From assembly GCA_951406725.2 (NCBI GenBank), contig OX597821.1:84072001-84136000 (forward strand): a stretch of 64,000 bases of DNA, read 5' to 3'. Below, in pieces: positions 52,696 to 64,000 of the stretch. The DNA is from Octopus vulgaris (lineage: Eukaryota). The translations under genes and the position numbers were made by a program. The notes below the pieces were generated by a model. The model was not told where the DNA came from. It saw nothing but the letters and a program-made list of their open reading frames with translations, and did not search any database. Position 1 is the first letter of the stretch. Each line of letters opens with the position of its first letter.

Positions 52696-53047
52696 ATATA
52701 TATATCATACATACATAATACATACATAATACATACAAAATACACACACACATTTACACATATATACACACACATATTTATACATATACATACATATAGA
52801 TATGGAGATATAGATATATATGGGGTGGGGATGAGATGTCTTTGTGTCTTACTGTTTGTGTTTGTCTTCCCCACCACTTGACAAGCGATCTTGGTTTGTT
52901 TACGTTCCCATAACTTAAATAGATCAGTAAAAGGATAAGTGTGAAACATGAAAGCATTAAAATGTCAACGTTTCAGTCCTGGGCCCCTTGTTGTCTGGGA
53001 AGAGAATAGTTCAAGTTCCTTGCGCAGCTATACACGCATAATAATAG

Positions 53048-53430
53048 TCTTTTCTACTCCAGGCGCAAGGCCCGAAATTTTAGGGGAGGGGCCAGTCGAT
53101 TAGATCGACTTCAATACGCAACTGGTACTTAATTTATCAACCCCAAAAGGATGAAAGGCAAAGTCAACCTCGGCGGAATTTGAACTCAGAACGTAACGGC
53201 AGACGAAATACCTATTTCTTTCTACCCACAAGGAGCTAAACACAGAGGGGACAAACAAGGACAGACAAACGGATTAAGTCGATTTTATCGACCCCAGTGC
53301 GTAACTGGTACTTATTTAATTGACCCCGAAAGGATGAAAGGCTAAGTGGACCTCGGCGGAATTTGAACTCAGAACGTAGCGGCAGACGAAATACCGATAA
53401 GCATTTCGCTCGGAGTGCTAACGATTCTGC
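53048..53430 (-). mobile_element. Dimeric central-domain SINE
   Basis: Same unit order and alternative tail as 1033-1644. Confidence 0.85.
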
Positions 53431-53493
53431 ATGCTTTTTAAATGGTGCTCCAGTATGGGCGCAGTTCAATGACTGAAACAAATAAAAGGCAAA

Positions 53494-53536
<43 letters not shown>

Positions 53537-53537
<1 letters not shown>

Positions 53538-54851
53538 AGGGTGCGGTGACTATATTGTCGTCTAAATTACGCAAAATGAAAAATGAAAATAACATTGACA
53601 CCGCATTTTAACAGATACATTTACCAAAATTACATAAAAACATCTTGAAACACTAAAGAATAAATTTATTCAATAAAATTGCCATTGGCTTGAACCCCGG
53701 CTTCCAGGTTACTTTGGAAACTCCTGCAACTATTCTGGACGGTCTCTTTGTTAGTGAAGGTTGCCATAATCCTTGCCTTCACTTTATCTTTGGTGTTACA
53801 AGGAGTTTTGTTGGTGTCTCGCTCAACTGCCCTCCCCATAATAATCAAGGAGGTTGCAGTCTGGAGAGTTGGGTGACAAGATGTTAGGGGTGATATGGTC
53901 GCAGAAATTATCTGACAGCTATGACTGGGTTCTCCTGCTTGTGTGGCATGGTGCAGAGTCCTGTTGCCAGGCATAGGGTCTTCCAGCAGCCACCCTCTTG
54001 ATCCAGGGCAGTACTAACTCTTCCAGGTAGGCCTTGATGTAGGCCTCCGTGTTCAGTGTGAGGCCGTGCAGGAAGATGAATGGAGGCATAACGTCGCCAT
54101 CACTAGTGATCACCCAAACACCGCAATGTTGACTGGATGTTTGATTTTTATCACTCTCGGTAAATGTTTTGTGGCCATGGCAAGCAAACGGTTTGTTCTG
54201 CGTGTTCTCCATCTGATCCTGGCAGAATTTTTTCTCATCTGAAAAAAACCCCCCAAAAAACCAAAGCATGTTCGGTTGGAGGGGATGCTTGATTTTGTTC
54301 AAAAGTCTCGTAGCGCGGTCTTTCCTCTTATCCTTGATGGCTTGGGATAAAAATTGTCCCTTTTTCATCTTGTATGAGGAATACCGAATGTCTTTATGCA
54401 CCTCTTCTGCCTGATAAGAAACTTAGACACTCCCATGTCCCTGGTGACGGACCTGATTGACTTGGAGGGATTGTTGTCAATCTTAGCCTAGATCTCACCC
54501 ACAAATTCAAGAGTTCTTTTCGCATCAAAACGATCAAGTGTGAGTTTTCCGAGCTGCCGTACCGTCATAATCAACATCAGACTCATCCAACTCTTTCCGA
54601 ATCCTCTGCACTCTCCTCAAATTGACTCCCAATTGACACTGAAATGTTCATATTGGAGCTACCGGTGCGGATGTCAAGCAGTACCGCATATCGTTTCCAA
54701 ATTTCTGTCAGAAAGTTCTTGCGTCATGGTGCTGTTTTTCTCACAGGCGGTCCCCAACTGACCCTATTATACTGTGTAGACGACAAAAAAAATTTTTAAC
54801 GCGCATGCGCGAAATTAAGAATATGCAATGACGACAATTTACCCATCGCAC

Positions 54852-54855
<4 letters not shown>
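53537..54855 (-). mobile_element. Decayed maT/DD37D-like Tc1-mariner transposon
   Basis: TIRs CAGGGTGCGGTGACTATATTGTCGTC and CAGAGTGCGATGGGTAAATTGTCGTC with TA TSD; FSDEK, WQQDSAPCH and SPDCNLLDY motifs. Confidence 0.85.
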
Positions 54856-54925
<70 letters not shown>

Positions 54926-55070
54926 GAGAGAGAAAAGAGAGAGAGAGAGAGAGAGAAGAGAGAGTCAATTAAAAAAACTCAGAGAAAAAGAAAAAGAAAA
55001 GCTAAACGAACGCGTGGACGTGGCACAAGCAATGTATTAATAAGACGCTCAGAGAAGGAATAGAGTGGTA

Positions 55071-55105
55071 CTCTTACGTTTTGAGCATAACTCTTCTTCG
55101 GAAAC
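55071..55105 (-). ncRNA. Degenerate minimal hammerhead motif
   Basis: gttt-CCGAAGA-A-GAGT-tat-GCTC-AAAA-CG-TA; same CGCTCAG-containing flank as the other copies. Confidence 0.45.
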
Positions 55106-55185
55106 AGAAAAAAACAGGAATGTTCAAGACGAAGGAAGAAAAAAAATCGGCAACAGTCACGTGTGATATATATATACATATATAC

Positions 55186-55235
<50 letters not shown>

Positions 55236-55349
55236 ATATGTATATACTTATATATGTATGTGTGTATGTATGTATGTATGTATGTATGTATGTATGTATG
55301 TATGTATGTATGTATGTATGTTTGATCATTACAGGAAGTTTTGTAACTC

Positions 55350-55800
55350 TGTGTTAGTTTACATCTACGGTCTTTGGAATAGTTGCCAAATTCATCGCCG
55401 GTGATGATTCTAGAGATCGAAATGTTGTTGCAGTTTGGATCCTCACGAAGCTTAAGGAATATTTCAAAGCGTCGTTGCTTTTGGTCGAGTAGCAAAAGCC
55501 GCAGGGCAAATTTTGAAACCACACGATACATAATAAGATTTTCCCGTAAGTATCTCCTGGCAGACTTCATAACCGAATCCAATAATGTCAAAGGACAGCA
55601 GTGATCCGCATAGATGAGGTCACGATATTCTTCCCAACATTTTTTGGCGTTTTATTAGTGATTAGTTGCCGTGAAAGCTCATCCTCTTAAACCGGTACTC
55701 GACTGGTCCTGAAATGCACGAGCCATCACAAAACTCGCGTTCGATCTAAAATGTGCTCAACAAAAGGGTGACAAAGAATTTAGAGAGTCTCTGCAGCAGA
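55350..55800 (-). mobile_element. Decayed mariner transposase fragment
   Basis: [18 protein letters not shown]...SRIITGDE. Confidence 0.75.
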
Positions 55801-56535
55801 TTTGCCAAGCTTCAGACAAAATTTTATGCAAACACATTGCTTGAATTTGACAGCCATCTTTAAAATCGCGGAGATGTACTAAGACATCGTTAGAAAGTCT
55901 TGGAGCCAGTGGATGATAGACTCGTCCCTTTCTTTCATCAGTCATAAAGTCCTTGAAAAGGGGCATATAACCTGCATGCCCGCCTTGGACGAAGTTACGG
56001 GAATGCGGGGTGGGGTCAGCATGATTAATTGTTTCTTATTTCAGCACAAGGCCTGCAGTTTTGAGAAAGGAGATTAATTGACACCATATATTTCAGTACA
56101 AGACTGGTACTTTGTTTGTCGGACCCAGAGAGAATAAAGGACAGAGTTGCTCTCTGCTGGATTTGAACTCAGCATGTTGAGAGTCAGAACAATTACTGCA
56201 ACATGTTTTGTTTCCCCGACACTTTAACGATCTCGTCAGTTGTTACACATAAATTATTGCTTCTACCTTTGGCAAAAATGCCAGTAATTTGAAGAAGGGG
56301 AACTGCCGATTATATCGCCCCCAGTCACCTGACAAATTCTTTATTTTTTCAAAAGCGGAGGAACGAAAAGTGTTGTTGACTGTGACGGGGTTTGAACTCA
56401 GAATTTCAAAGCTTAAGTTCCACCGAGATAAACGTTGTTTTTCATCCTTCCTGGGTCGATAAAACAAAGTACAAGTCAAGTACGAAGACTAATAACAACA
56501 TTAAAGCCATGCATACAACCCATACACACGCGCGC

Positions 56536-56585
<50 letters not shown>

Positions 56586-56766
56586 AAATTAAAAAATGGA
56601 GAAACATACTTAAATCAATCAAACATCAACCAACAGATGATACCCAATCAATACTTTATTACACCATTACATAACAGTAAAGGCATTATACAAAATATAC
56701 TGTAAATATAATTAGACAAGGAAATAGAAATATAAAATATAAAATATAATATGTAATTATATCATA

Positions 56767-56871
56767 TCTGACAGCTGTTTCGGCAGTAAGGGCAATCATG
56801 CCTCATTTAACCTATAAGCCATATAAGGCAGGTATAAATGAGACATTAACAAGGATGCCCCACGGCCTCTT

Positions 56872-56872
<1 letters not shown>
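56767..56872 (-). ncRNA. 5'-truncated hammerhead motif with long branched helix II
   Basis: (t)AAGA-GGC[~90-nt stem]GCC-GAAA-CAGCTG-TC-aga; the core is cut by a (TG)n tract. Confidence 0.55.
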
Positions 56873-56945
<73 letters not shown>

Positions 56946-56954
56946 GTAATACAT

Positions 56955-59626
56955 GTTGCTGTGTATGTTAAGTCTGAGCACAAACCGTCCAGCGGTATTC
57001 TACCCACTAATGCTCAGCCTACAACAAAATTCGATGCCGTCTATTGCAAGCTGAGCCTATCTGAGTTTTGCCTGCCCGTGTTGGCTGTCTACAGGCCGCC
57101 TCTTGCCGACCCCCAGGACGATGCACATTTACTCGAAGCGATAAGATTCGTTTCAGCTTCGCATGACTGTTTGGTACTAGGAGACTTCAACGCTCCCACG
57201 ATCGATTGGCCCGCATCAATTTGTACAACATCTTCCCGGTTCGGCCAGGCCCTTCTTGACGTGGCTGAAGATTGTTTTCTATCGCAACATGTTGAATATC
57301 CGACAAGGCATCGGTCTGGGCAGCAGCCATCTATGCTAGATCTGGTATTCTCCCGCTATCCAAGATCAGTGTCAGACGTATCTGTGTGCGCCCCTCTTGC
57401 CAAGAGTGATCATGCGGTCCTGAAGTTCGTCATGCACACAACTTTTTCTGCGCCCACGACTACTTCGCTGCCACGTAGAGTCTTCTCTGCAATTAATCTT
57501 GAAATTCTAACCGAGGCTTCCGCGCTTCTGGACTGGCGATCCCTGATGACGTTGTCCTCAGTTGACGAACTATGGTCATCCCTCAAAGCATATGTAATCT
57601 GTTTGACTGACCAGGCAGTTCCCGTTGGGCTTCCCAAGAGGAAGAAACACAAGCCCTGGGTGACGAAGAGGGTTAAACGAGAACGTCGACTCAGAGATAT
57701 TGCTTGGGCTGAATTCAAAAATCTGGATTCGACTGCAGCTTTTGAGGTGTACAAAACACAACGAGACCGAGCCGTGAAAATCGAAAAGCAAGAACGCTTC
57801 AGTTATGAATACAAAATCGCGGCAAATGCCAGTAGCAAACCAAAAACCTTCTTTGCCCATGTCCAGCGGAATTCCCGCTTGAACAACCAGATTGCAACGT
57901 TGGTAGACTCAACAGGCGTATCGATTGAGGACCCTTATCAACAGAGTCAATTATTTGCCGAGGCTTTTTCAACTATTTTCAAACAAGATGATGGTCGTGA
58001 ACCCCCTCCATTTGATAGATCGGTACCTCCAATGCTTCGATTGGTCATCACGCGGGACGAAGTCAAACGTGTTATTCAAGGCCTCGATGTCAACAAGGGT
58101 CACGGCCCTGACGGCATACACCCACGGGTTATCAAAGCGTTGGCTCCGGTCATCTGCGAGCCCTTAACGCGACTATTCAATATGTCATTGGCGACGGGTG
58201 TTATACCTGCAGACTGGAGAACAGCGATAATCTGCCCAATTTTCAAGAAAGGGAGCCGCGAAGACCCGCTTAACTACCGACCGGTTTCCCTTACATCAAT
58301 AATCAGCAAGATGTTCGAAACCATCCTTAAGAAAAGTATGATGCTCCACCTCCTAAACACAGCCTCTATCTCTGATTCCCAACACGGCTTCGTGCCGAAG
58401 AGATCATGCTTGACCAACTTACTAGTAATGGAAGAATTGGTGACGCGCATCCTCGATGATAGTGATGCTGTTGACATTGTTTTACTGGACTTTGCCAAAG
58501 CTTTTGACTCGGTAAACCACCGCCTATTACTTGTCAAGCTTCAGGCATATAGTTTCCATCCGGATATTGTACGATGGGTTGGTGCCTTCCTCTCAGATCG
58601 CTCCTTCCAAGTCCAAGTTAATGGTTCGCGGTCCGACGTCTCCAGTGCGAGCAGTGGCGTGCCTCAAGGTTCAGTGCTTGGGCCCTTGTTGTTCTTAGTC
58701 TTCATAAATGACTTGCCCGACGACCTCACGCAACACACCCTTCTATTTGCCGACGATATCAAACTGGTCGCTCCTCGCGGTAATATAGAGGATCTTCGTC
58801 GATGCCTCCACCAAATTTGGAAGTGGTCTAACGATTGGGACCTGTGTCTGAACGTGTCAAAGTGCTGTCATCTGCCTGTCGGCTCTACTCCTGCAACTCA
58901 ACTTGATTTCGAGCCGGGTCGTCTGCTGCTGGAGAGGACCGATCAGGTAAAGGACCTAGGTATCTTGGTGGATTCCTCCTTTTCGCCTTCGGCCCAGTGC
59001 GTCCATGCTGCCAACAAAGCACGCGGAATTCTGTTCTTGATTCGACGGTCATTCGGAATGCTCACAGCAGCCATATTCCTACCACTCTATGTCACGCTGG
59101 TGAGACCCATATTGGAGTATGGGATTCAAGCCTCTTCTCCTTATCTCCTCAAAGACATACAGCATCTCGAAAGAGTCCAGAAGCTGGCTACCCGCATGGT
59201 TCATGGTCTCAAAAATTTGTCCTACGAAGAAAGGCTGAGGACGCTCGACCTTTATTCTCTTGAAAAACGCCGCCGCCGTAGTGATCTCATTCTCGCCCAC
59301 AACATCATAAGCGGAAAGTGTAACCTCTCGAAAGAGCTGTTCTTCACTCCTGCTCCAGAGCGTCGGCTGCGGGGTCATTCCGAAAAGCTCTACCTGCGAC
59401 GATTTCATCTCAATCGAAGGAGAGGAGCTTTCTCCGTCCGGGTTGCGGATCCGTGGAACAAGCTGCCGGACGAGATGGTAAAGATGCCGACGACCGCTTT
59501 GTTCAAAGCCTCCCTGGACCTCAAGTGGCCTGAACTCTTTACATGAACACCACCCTGTACTTAACTCCATGTCCCCCTACATGGCCTTGCTATTTGCTTT
59601 TGAGCCAAATTAACTAACTAACTAAC
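56955..59626 (+). mobile_element. 5'-truncated CR1-like LINE with short 3' UTR and (TAAC)n tail
   Basis: ORF above, about 65 bp of UTR, then TAACTAACTAACTAAC. Confidence 0.92.
56961..59546 (+). CDS. LINE ORF2 (partial APE endonuclease plus reverse transcriptase), CR1-like clade
   Basis: 861 uninterrupted codons. APE motifs GDFN, LDLVF and SDH; RT motifs NYRPVSLT, QHGF, LDFAKAFD, GVPQGSVLGP and FADD; C-terminal WNKLP. The 5' end is truncated, so the GTG start is probably not native. Confidence 0.95.
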   Translation: MYVKSEHKPSSGILPTNAQPTTKFDAVYCKLSLSEFCLPVLAVYRPPLADPQDDAHLLEAIRFVSASHDCLVLGDFNAPTIDWPASICTTSSRFGQALLDVAEDCFLSQHVEYPTRHRSGQQPSMLDLVFSRYPRSVSDVSVCAPLAKSDHAVLKFVMHTTFSAPTTTSLPRRVFSAINLEILTEASALLDWRSLMTLSSVDELWSSLKAYVICLTDQAVPVGLPKRKKHKPWVTKRVKRERRLRDIAWAEFKNLDSTAAFEVYKTQRDRAVKIEKQERFSYEYKIAANASSKPKTFFAHVQRNSRLNNQIATLVDSTGVSIEDPYQQSQLFAEAFSTIFKQDDGREPPPFDRSVPPMLRLVITRDEVKRVIQGLDVNKGHGPDGIHPRVIKALAPVICEPLTRLFNMSLATGVIPADWRTAIICPIFKKGSREDPLNYRPVSLTSIISKMFETILKKSMMLHLLNTASISDSQHGFVPKRSCLTNLLVMEELVTRILDDSDAVDIVLLDFAKAFDSVNHRLLLVKLQAYSFHPDIVRWVGAFLSDRSFQVQVNGSRSDVSSASSGVPQGSVLGPLLFLVFINDLPDDLTQHTLLFADDIKLVAPRGNIEDLRRCLHQIWKWSNDWDLCLNVSKCCHLPVGSTPATQLDFEPGRLLLERTDQVKDLGILVDSSFSPSAQCVHAANKARGILFLIRRSFGMLTAAIFLPLYVTLVRPILEYGIQASSPYLLKDIQHLERVQKLATRMVHGLKNLSYEERLRTLDLYSLEKRRRRSDLILAHNIISGKCNLSKELFFTPAPERRLRGHSEKLYLRRFHLNRRRGAFSVRVADPWNKLPDEMVKMPTTALFKASLDLKWPELFT

Positions 59627-60907
59627 ATAGACTCTTTCTCAGACACACATACACACACTCATATACACACACATATGCATACACACACAGACACGTACAT
59701 ATACACACCACCGAGGTTCTCACTCCGGACATCAGTAAAAACATTACCCAAACCACAAATAACCAACTCGCCAACATTGTACACACACAAATCCATACAC
59801 CCTCACTATCACGACCACCGTCAGTCCCACCATGACCACCATTTCACATAGGAGCCTGTTCGTGGACGCACAATTTGCTAGAAAAAGCAGGCAAATCTTT
59901 TTTTTCCAATCAAACTCTGTGGTCTTAAAAGGAAAAATATGTTGGAAGGTGTTGTACCAGGTTTCGTGCGAATAAGGAGAGAGAAATAAGCAGGACGGTC
60001 ACAACTGGAATGCATTTGATCAGAGGTTTGCTCGATCAAGGATGACCTGGTGCTAAACAAAACAACAAACTCATAATCATTGCCACCACCATTATGACTG
60101 TCACACCGCTATCACCGTCACCACCACCTACACCACCACCATCATCATCATTATCGTCATCATCATCGTCATCACCATCGCCATCATCATCAGTGTCACA
60201 CTCCACTATCAACGTCGCCGCCGCCACCAGCACTATCACCACCACCGCCGCCGCCACCACCATCGTCATCACCACCACCACCACCATCATCATCATCGTG
60301 ACCACCATTACCACCATCATCACTGTCACGCTCCCCTGTCTCCGCCGCCGCCGTCACGCCACCACTACCACCACCACCACTACTACCACCACCACTACTA
60401 CCACCGTCACACTGCCACACCACTACCGCCACTCCCCGTTATTACCTCTGCCGTGGACCGTCAAGCACTAACGCACAAACACACAAACACACTTTCAACA
60501 ACGCCATCATCCGTTCCCAGTGATGGAAGATGGAGGAGGTCACTCGCTAAAAGTGCATTGTAGTTTATAACGGAATATAAGAAAAAAAGGGGACTCTGCT
60601 TGGGTGCTCAAACTGCTAGAAACAGCAGCCCAATTCCCTTTAAATACCACAAAAAAATGGCAAGACGTGTTAGATTATTTAGTCCGGAGTACACTGCGGT
60701 TAGATGATGAAGATGATGGTCACGAAGATGATGATGATGTAGATGATGATGATGATGATGATGATAATGATGATACTACTAATAATAATTATTTCTTTTA
60801 TTTGCCACCAGGGCGAAGGATGAGGTGGGGGAGGGCAATACGAAGACAGTCACCCACACCAACATAATAATGATAATAATAATAATGATAATAATAATAA
60901 TAATAAT

Positions 60908-61241
60908 AAAGAAATGGAGAAACTCTCAAAATACAAAGACCTGGAAATAGAGGTAACTAGAATGTGGAATCTGAAAACAGAAACAATTCCTATCATAGTA
61001 GGTGCATTAGGCATGATAAAAAAATATTCAGACAAATACATAACAAAAACACCAGGACTTACAAACACATATAACATACAGAAAATTGCACTACTAGGCA
61101 CTGCACACATCCTACGCAGAACACTTTCCATACAATAACCATCAGAGCATCACAACAATTCACAGCACATACCCAAGGCACACAGAGCTGCACTCGGTAG
61201 TGAAGTGAAAGCACGCTATAAAAATAAAAATAAAACTACTA

Positions 61242-61245
<4 letters not shown>
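60908..61245 (+). mobile_element. R4/Dong-like 3' fragment flanked by (AAT)n
   Basis: KEMEKLSKYKDLEIEVTRMW...IPIIVGALG...IQKIALLGTAHILRR*; (AAT)n on both sides. Confidence 0.9.
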
Positions 61246-61282
<37 letters not shown>

Positions 61283-61295
61283 TAATAATAATGAC

Positions 61296-61723
61296 CCTTT
61301 CTCCTATAGGCACAAGGCCTGAAATTTGGGTGGAGAGAGGGGACTAGTCGATTACATCGACTCAGTATTTTACTGGTACTTAATCTATCGACCCCGAAAG
61401 GATGAAAGGCAAAGTCAACCTCGGCGCAATTTGAGCTCAGAACGTAAAGACGGATGAAATGCCGCTAAGCATTTTGCCCGGCGTGCTAACGATTCTGCCA
61501 GCTCACTGCCTTTAATAATTAATAATAATAATCATTTGTACTAAAGGCAATAGCTCTAAAATTTAGGTGAATGGGTTAAATCGATTATATCGACCCCAGT
61601 ACTCAACTGGTACTTAATTTATCGACCCTGAATGGATAAGTCGAAGTCGACCTCGGCAGAATTTGAACTCAGAAATGCAAGGCATTTCGTCCAGCGCGCT
61701 AACGATTCTGCCAGCTCGTCGCC

Positions 61724-61725
<2 letters not shown>
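61296..61725 (-). mobile_element. Two central-domain SINE copies in (AAT)n
   Basis: Match to the family consensus. Confidence 0.85.
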
Positions 61726-61757
<32 letters not shown>

Positions 61758-61874
61758 ACGAACTAGTGAGTTTAGTTTAATGGCCTACCAATGTATACTA
61801 TGAGTTTCTCTGCCCTAGGAGTCGGGAAGACACTCGGCAAGAAATGGAAGAAAATTTGAAAGAAGAAAAAAAAG

Positions 61875-61917
<43 letters not shown>

Positions 61918-62168
61918 TAATAATAATAATAATAATAATAAATATTTTTTATTGGCCACAAGGGCCTCAATAACATTTTGGATAATAGGGATTTTGATAG
62001 AATGGTGTAAACAAAAAACATTAAAAAAAACAGTAATTTACAGGAAAAAAATAAAGAAACATAATGAAACGAAGTTCCTGATTGGGGAGAAAATACCACC
62101 CAGGGGCAACCAAGGAACCCCACAGATGCCGAGGCATCCTACCCTCACCGGAAATACCACGGCTTGTG

Positions 62169-62210
<42 letters not shown>

Positions 62211-62479
62211 GCTCTCCTGTGTACTATTCAGCTTAAGACAGGATGGCCACGACTGAAACGCGTTCGGATTAGCATAGGCCTGCTCAAACGGCCGACTCGG
62301 GGCTAAACAACAACGAAAGCCACCCGGAAACACAATAGTCCACACACACATGCACACACACACACGCACACATACACACATGCACCTATATACACACACG
62401 CACACATCTCCCTATAATCGTCACCACTACCACTATCACATACCAAGCGTTATTAACACGATCCTTTCTACACATTAAC

Positions 62480-62514
62480 ACACCATCACCATCATCATCA
62501 TGACCATCATCATC

Positions 62515-62548
<34 letters not shown>

Positions 62549-62730
62549 CCATCATCATCATCATGACCATCATCATCATCATCATCACCATCATGACCAT
62601 CATCATCATCATCATCATCACCACCACCACCATCATCATGATGACCATCATCATCATCATCATCATCACCACCACCACCATCATCACCATCATCATCATT
62701 ATCATCATCATCATCACCATCATCATCATC

Positions 62731-62764
<34 letters not shown>

Positions 62765-62808
62765 TCACCATCACCATCATCACCATCATCATCATTATCA
62801 TCATCATT

Positions 62809-62839
<31 letters not shown>

Positions 62840-62875
62840 ACATCATCATCATCATCATCATCACCATCATCATCG
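62480..62875. repeat. (CAT/CAC)n repeat
   Basis: Direct observation. Confidence 0.97.
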
Positions 62876-62927
62876 CCTTCACTTTTGTACACTGCACAGC
62901 ATCTAAACGACACACATCACACTGCCT

Positions 62928-62958
<31 letters not shown>

Positions 62959-63079
62959 CATCTTCACTACTACAAGCAACATAGTACACGCCACCACCAC
63001 CACCACCACCACCACTTCGCATTAACACATTCACAACTACCACACCGCTACACCAACCTACATGCCATCGCGCGCAGCC

Positions 63080-63141
63080 ACACACACACACACACACACA
63101 CACATAACGCTATCCACCACGATACATCACCATCACACATC

Positions 63142-63200
<59 letters not shown>

Positions 63201-63201
63201 C

Positions 63202-63254
<53 letters not shown>

Positions 63255-63470
63255 CACACACACACACACACATCAACACACAGACACACACACACACACA
63301 CATCAACACACACACACATCACACACACACACACATCAACACACACACACAACACACACACACACACATCAACACACACACACACATCAACACACACACA
63401 CAACACACACACACACAACACACACACACACACACACACACATCAACACACACACACAAACACACACATA
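63080..63470. repeat. Interrupted (CA)n repeat
   Basis: Direct observation. Confidence 0.97.
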
Positions 63471-63905
63471 CACATGCCATGGCCATCTCTTACGACACGC
63501 TATCACACACCACCGCTTTAACGCCAACACAAGTCACACACTTCTTTCAAAAAACGCATACACTAACTAATATCAACACGCATTTACACAAACACATTCA
63601 CGCACTCTCCATACACACACACACACACACACATGCATATTAATAGATGCATTCCTCTCTCATTTCCTCTGCATTTCTCTTCTTTTCACACATGCATTCA
63701 TGCACAGAAATATATAAACACACCGACGGATAATCGCTTTCTCCCCCCCCCCCTCCTACCCGGCCATCAGTTCCACGCACTCCACACACACGACTATATA
63801 TATACAGATATAGATAATCTCCATCACACGTTCCCTTTCATTTCTCCCTCCCTCTCTCTGACTTTCTTTCTATCTCTTTCTCTGTCTCTCTCTGTCTCTC
63901 TCTCT

Positions 63906-63978
<73 letters not shown>

Positions 63979-64000
63979 CACACACACACACACACATATA

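Noticed and set aside
57410-59570. Antisense and alternative-frame ORFs over the LINE
   Set aside because: Shadow ORFs of the GC-richer RT frame.
62228-62268. CTTAAGA...GAAA-CGCG-TT hammerhead-like string
   Set aside because: Mutated core and poor helices I and II; cannot be separated from chance.
62500-63643. Long ORFs (356 aa, 193 aa) and the many YI/HT/CV/poly-I/poly-M ORFs across the window
   Set aside because: They are translations of stop-free microsatellites and contain no domain motifs.

Overview
AT-rich, microsatellite-saturated animal DNA, intergenic or intronic. The SINE families and repeat density point to a coleoid cephalopod, most likely Octopus (inference). I found no convincing host protein-coding exon; almost all listed ORFs are translations of simple repeats. 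The window is a transposon mosaic. Retroelements: about 35 copies of three tRNA-derived SINE groups, one 5'-truncated but ORF-intact CR1-type LINE (56961-59546), R4/Dong-type fragments in (TAA)n, and RTE and Penelope RT fragments. DNA transposons: mariner, Tc1 and maT-like elements, Helitrons, and two GG-ended non-autonomous elements with 8-9 bp target-site duplications (Merlin-like). The most striking unannotated signal is about ten minimal type I hammerhead-ribozyme motifs. They lie in short non-coding segments that abut (TA)n or (CA)n tracts and often form inverted repeats, which is the architecture of Penelope-like pseudo-LTRs. They include a compensatory G3-C8 core variant, copies with roughly 90-nt helix II, and one family with variable cores. 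All structures were folded by eye and none has been tested for activity. Coordinates of degenerate repeats are approximate.
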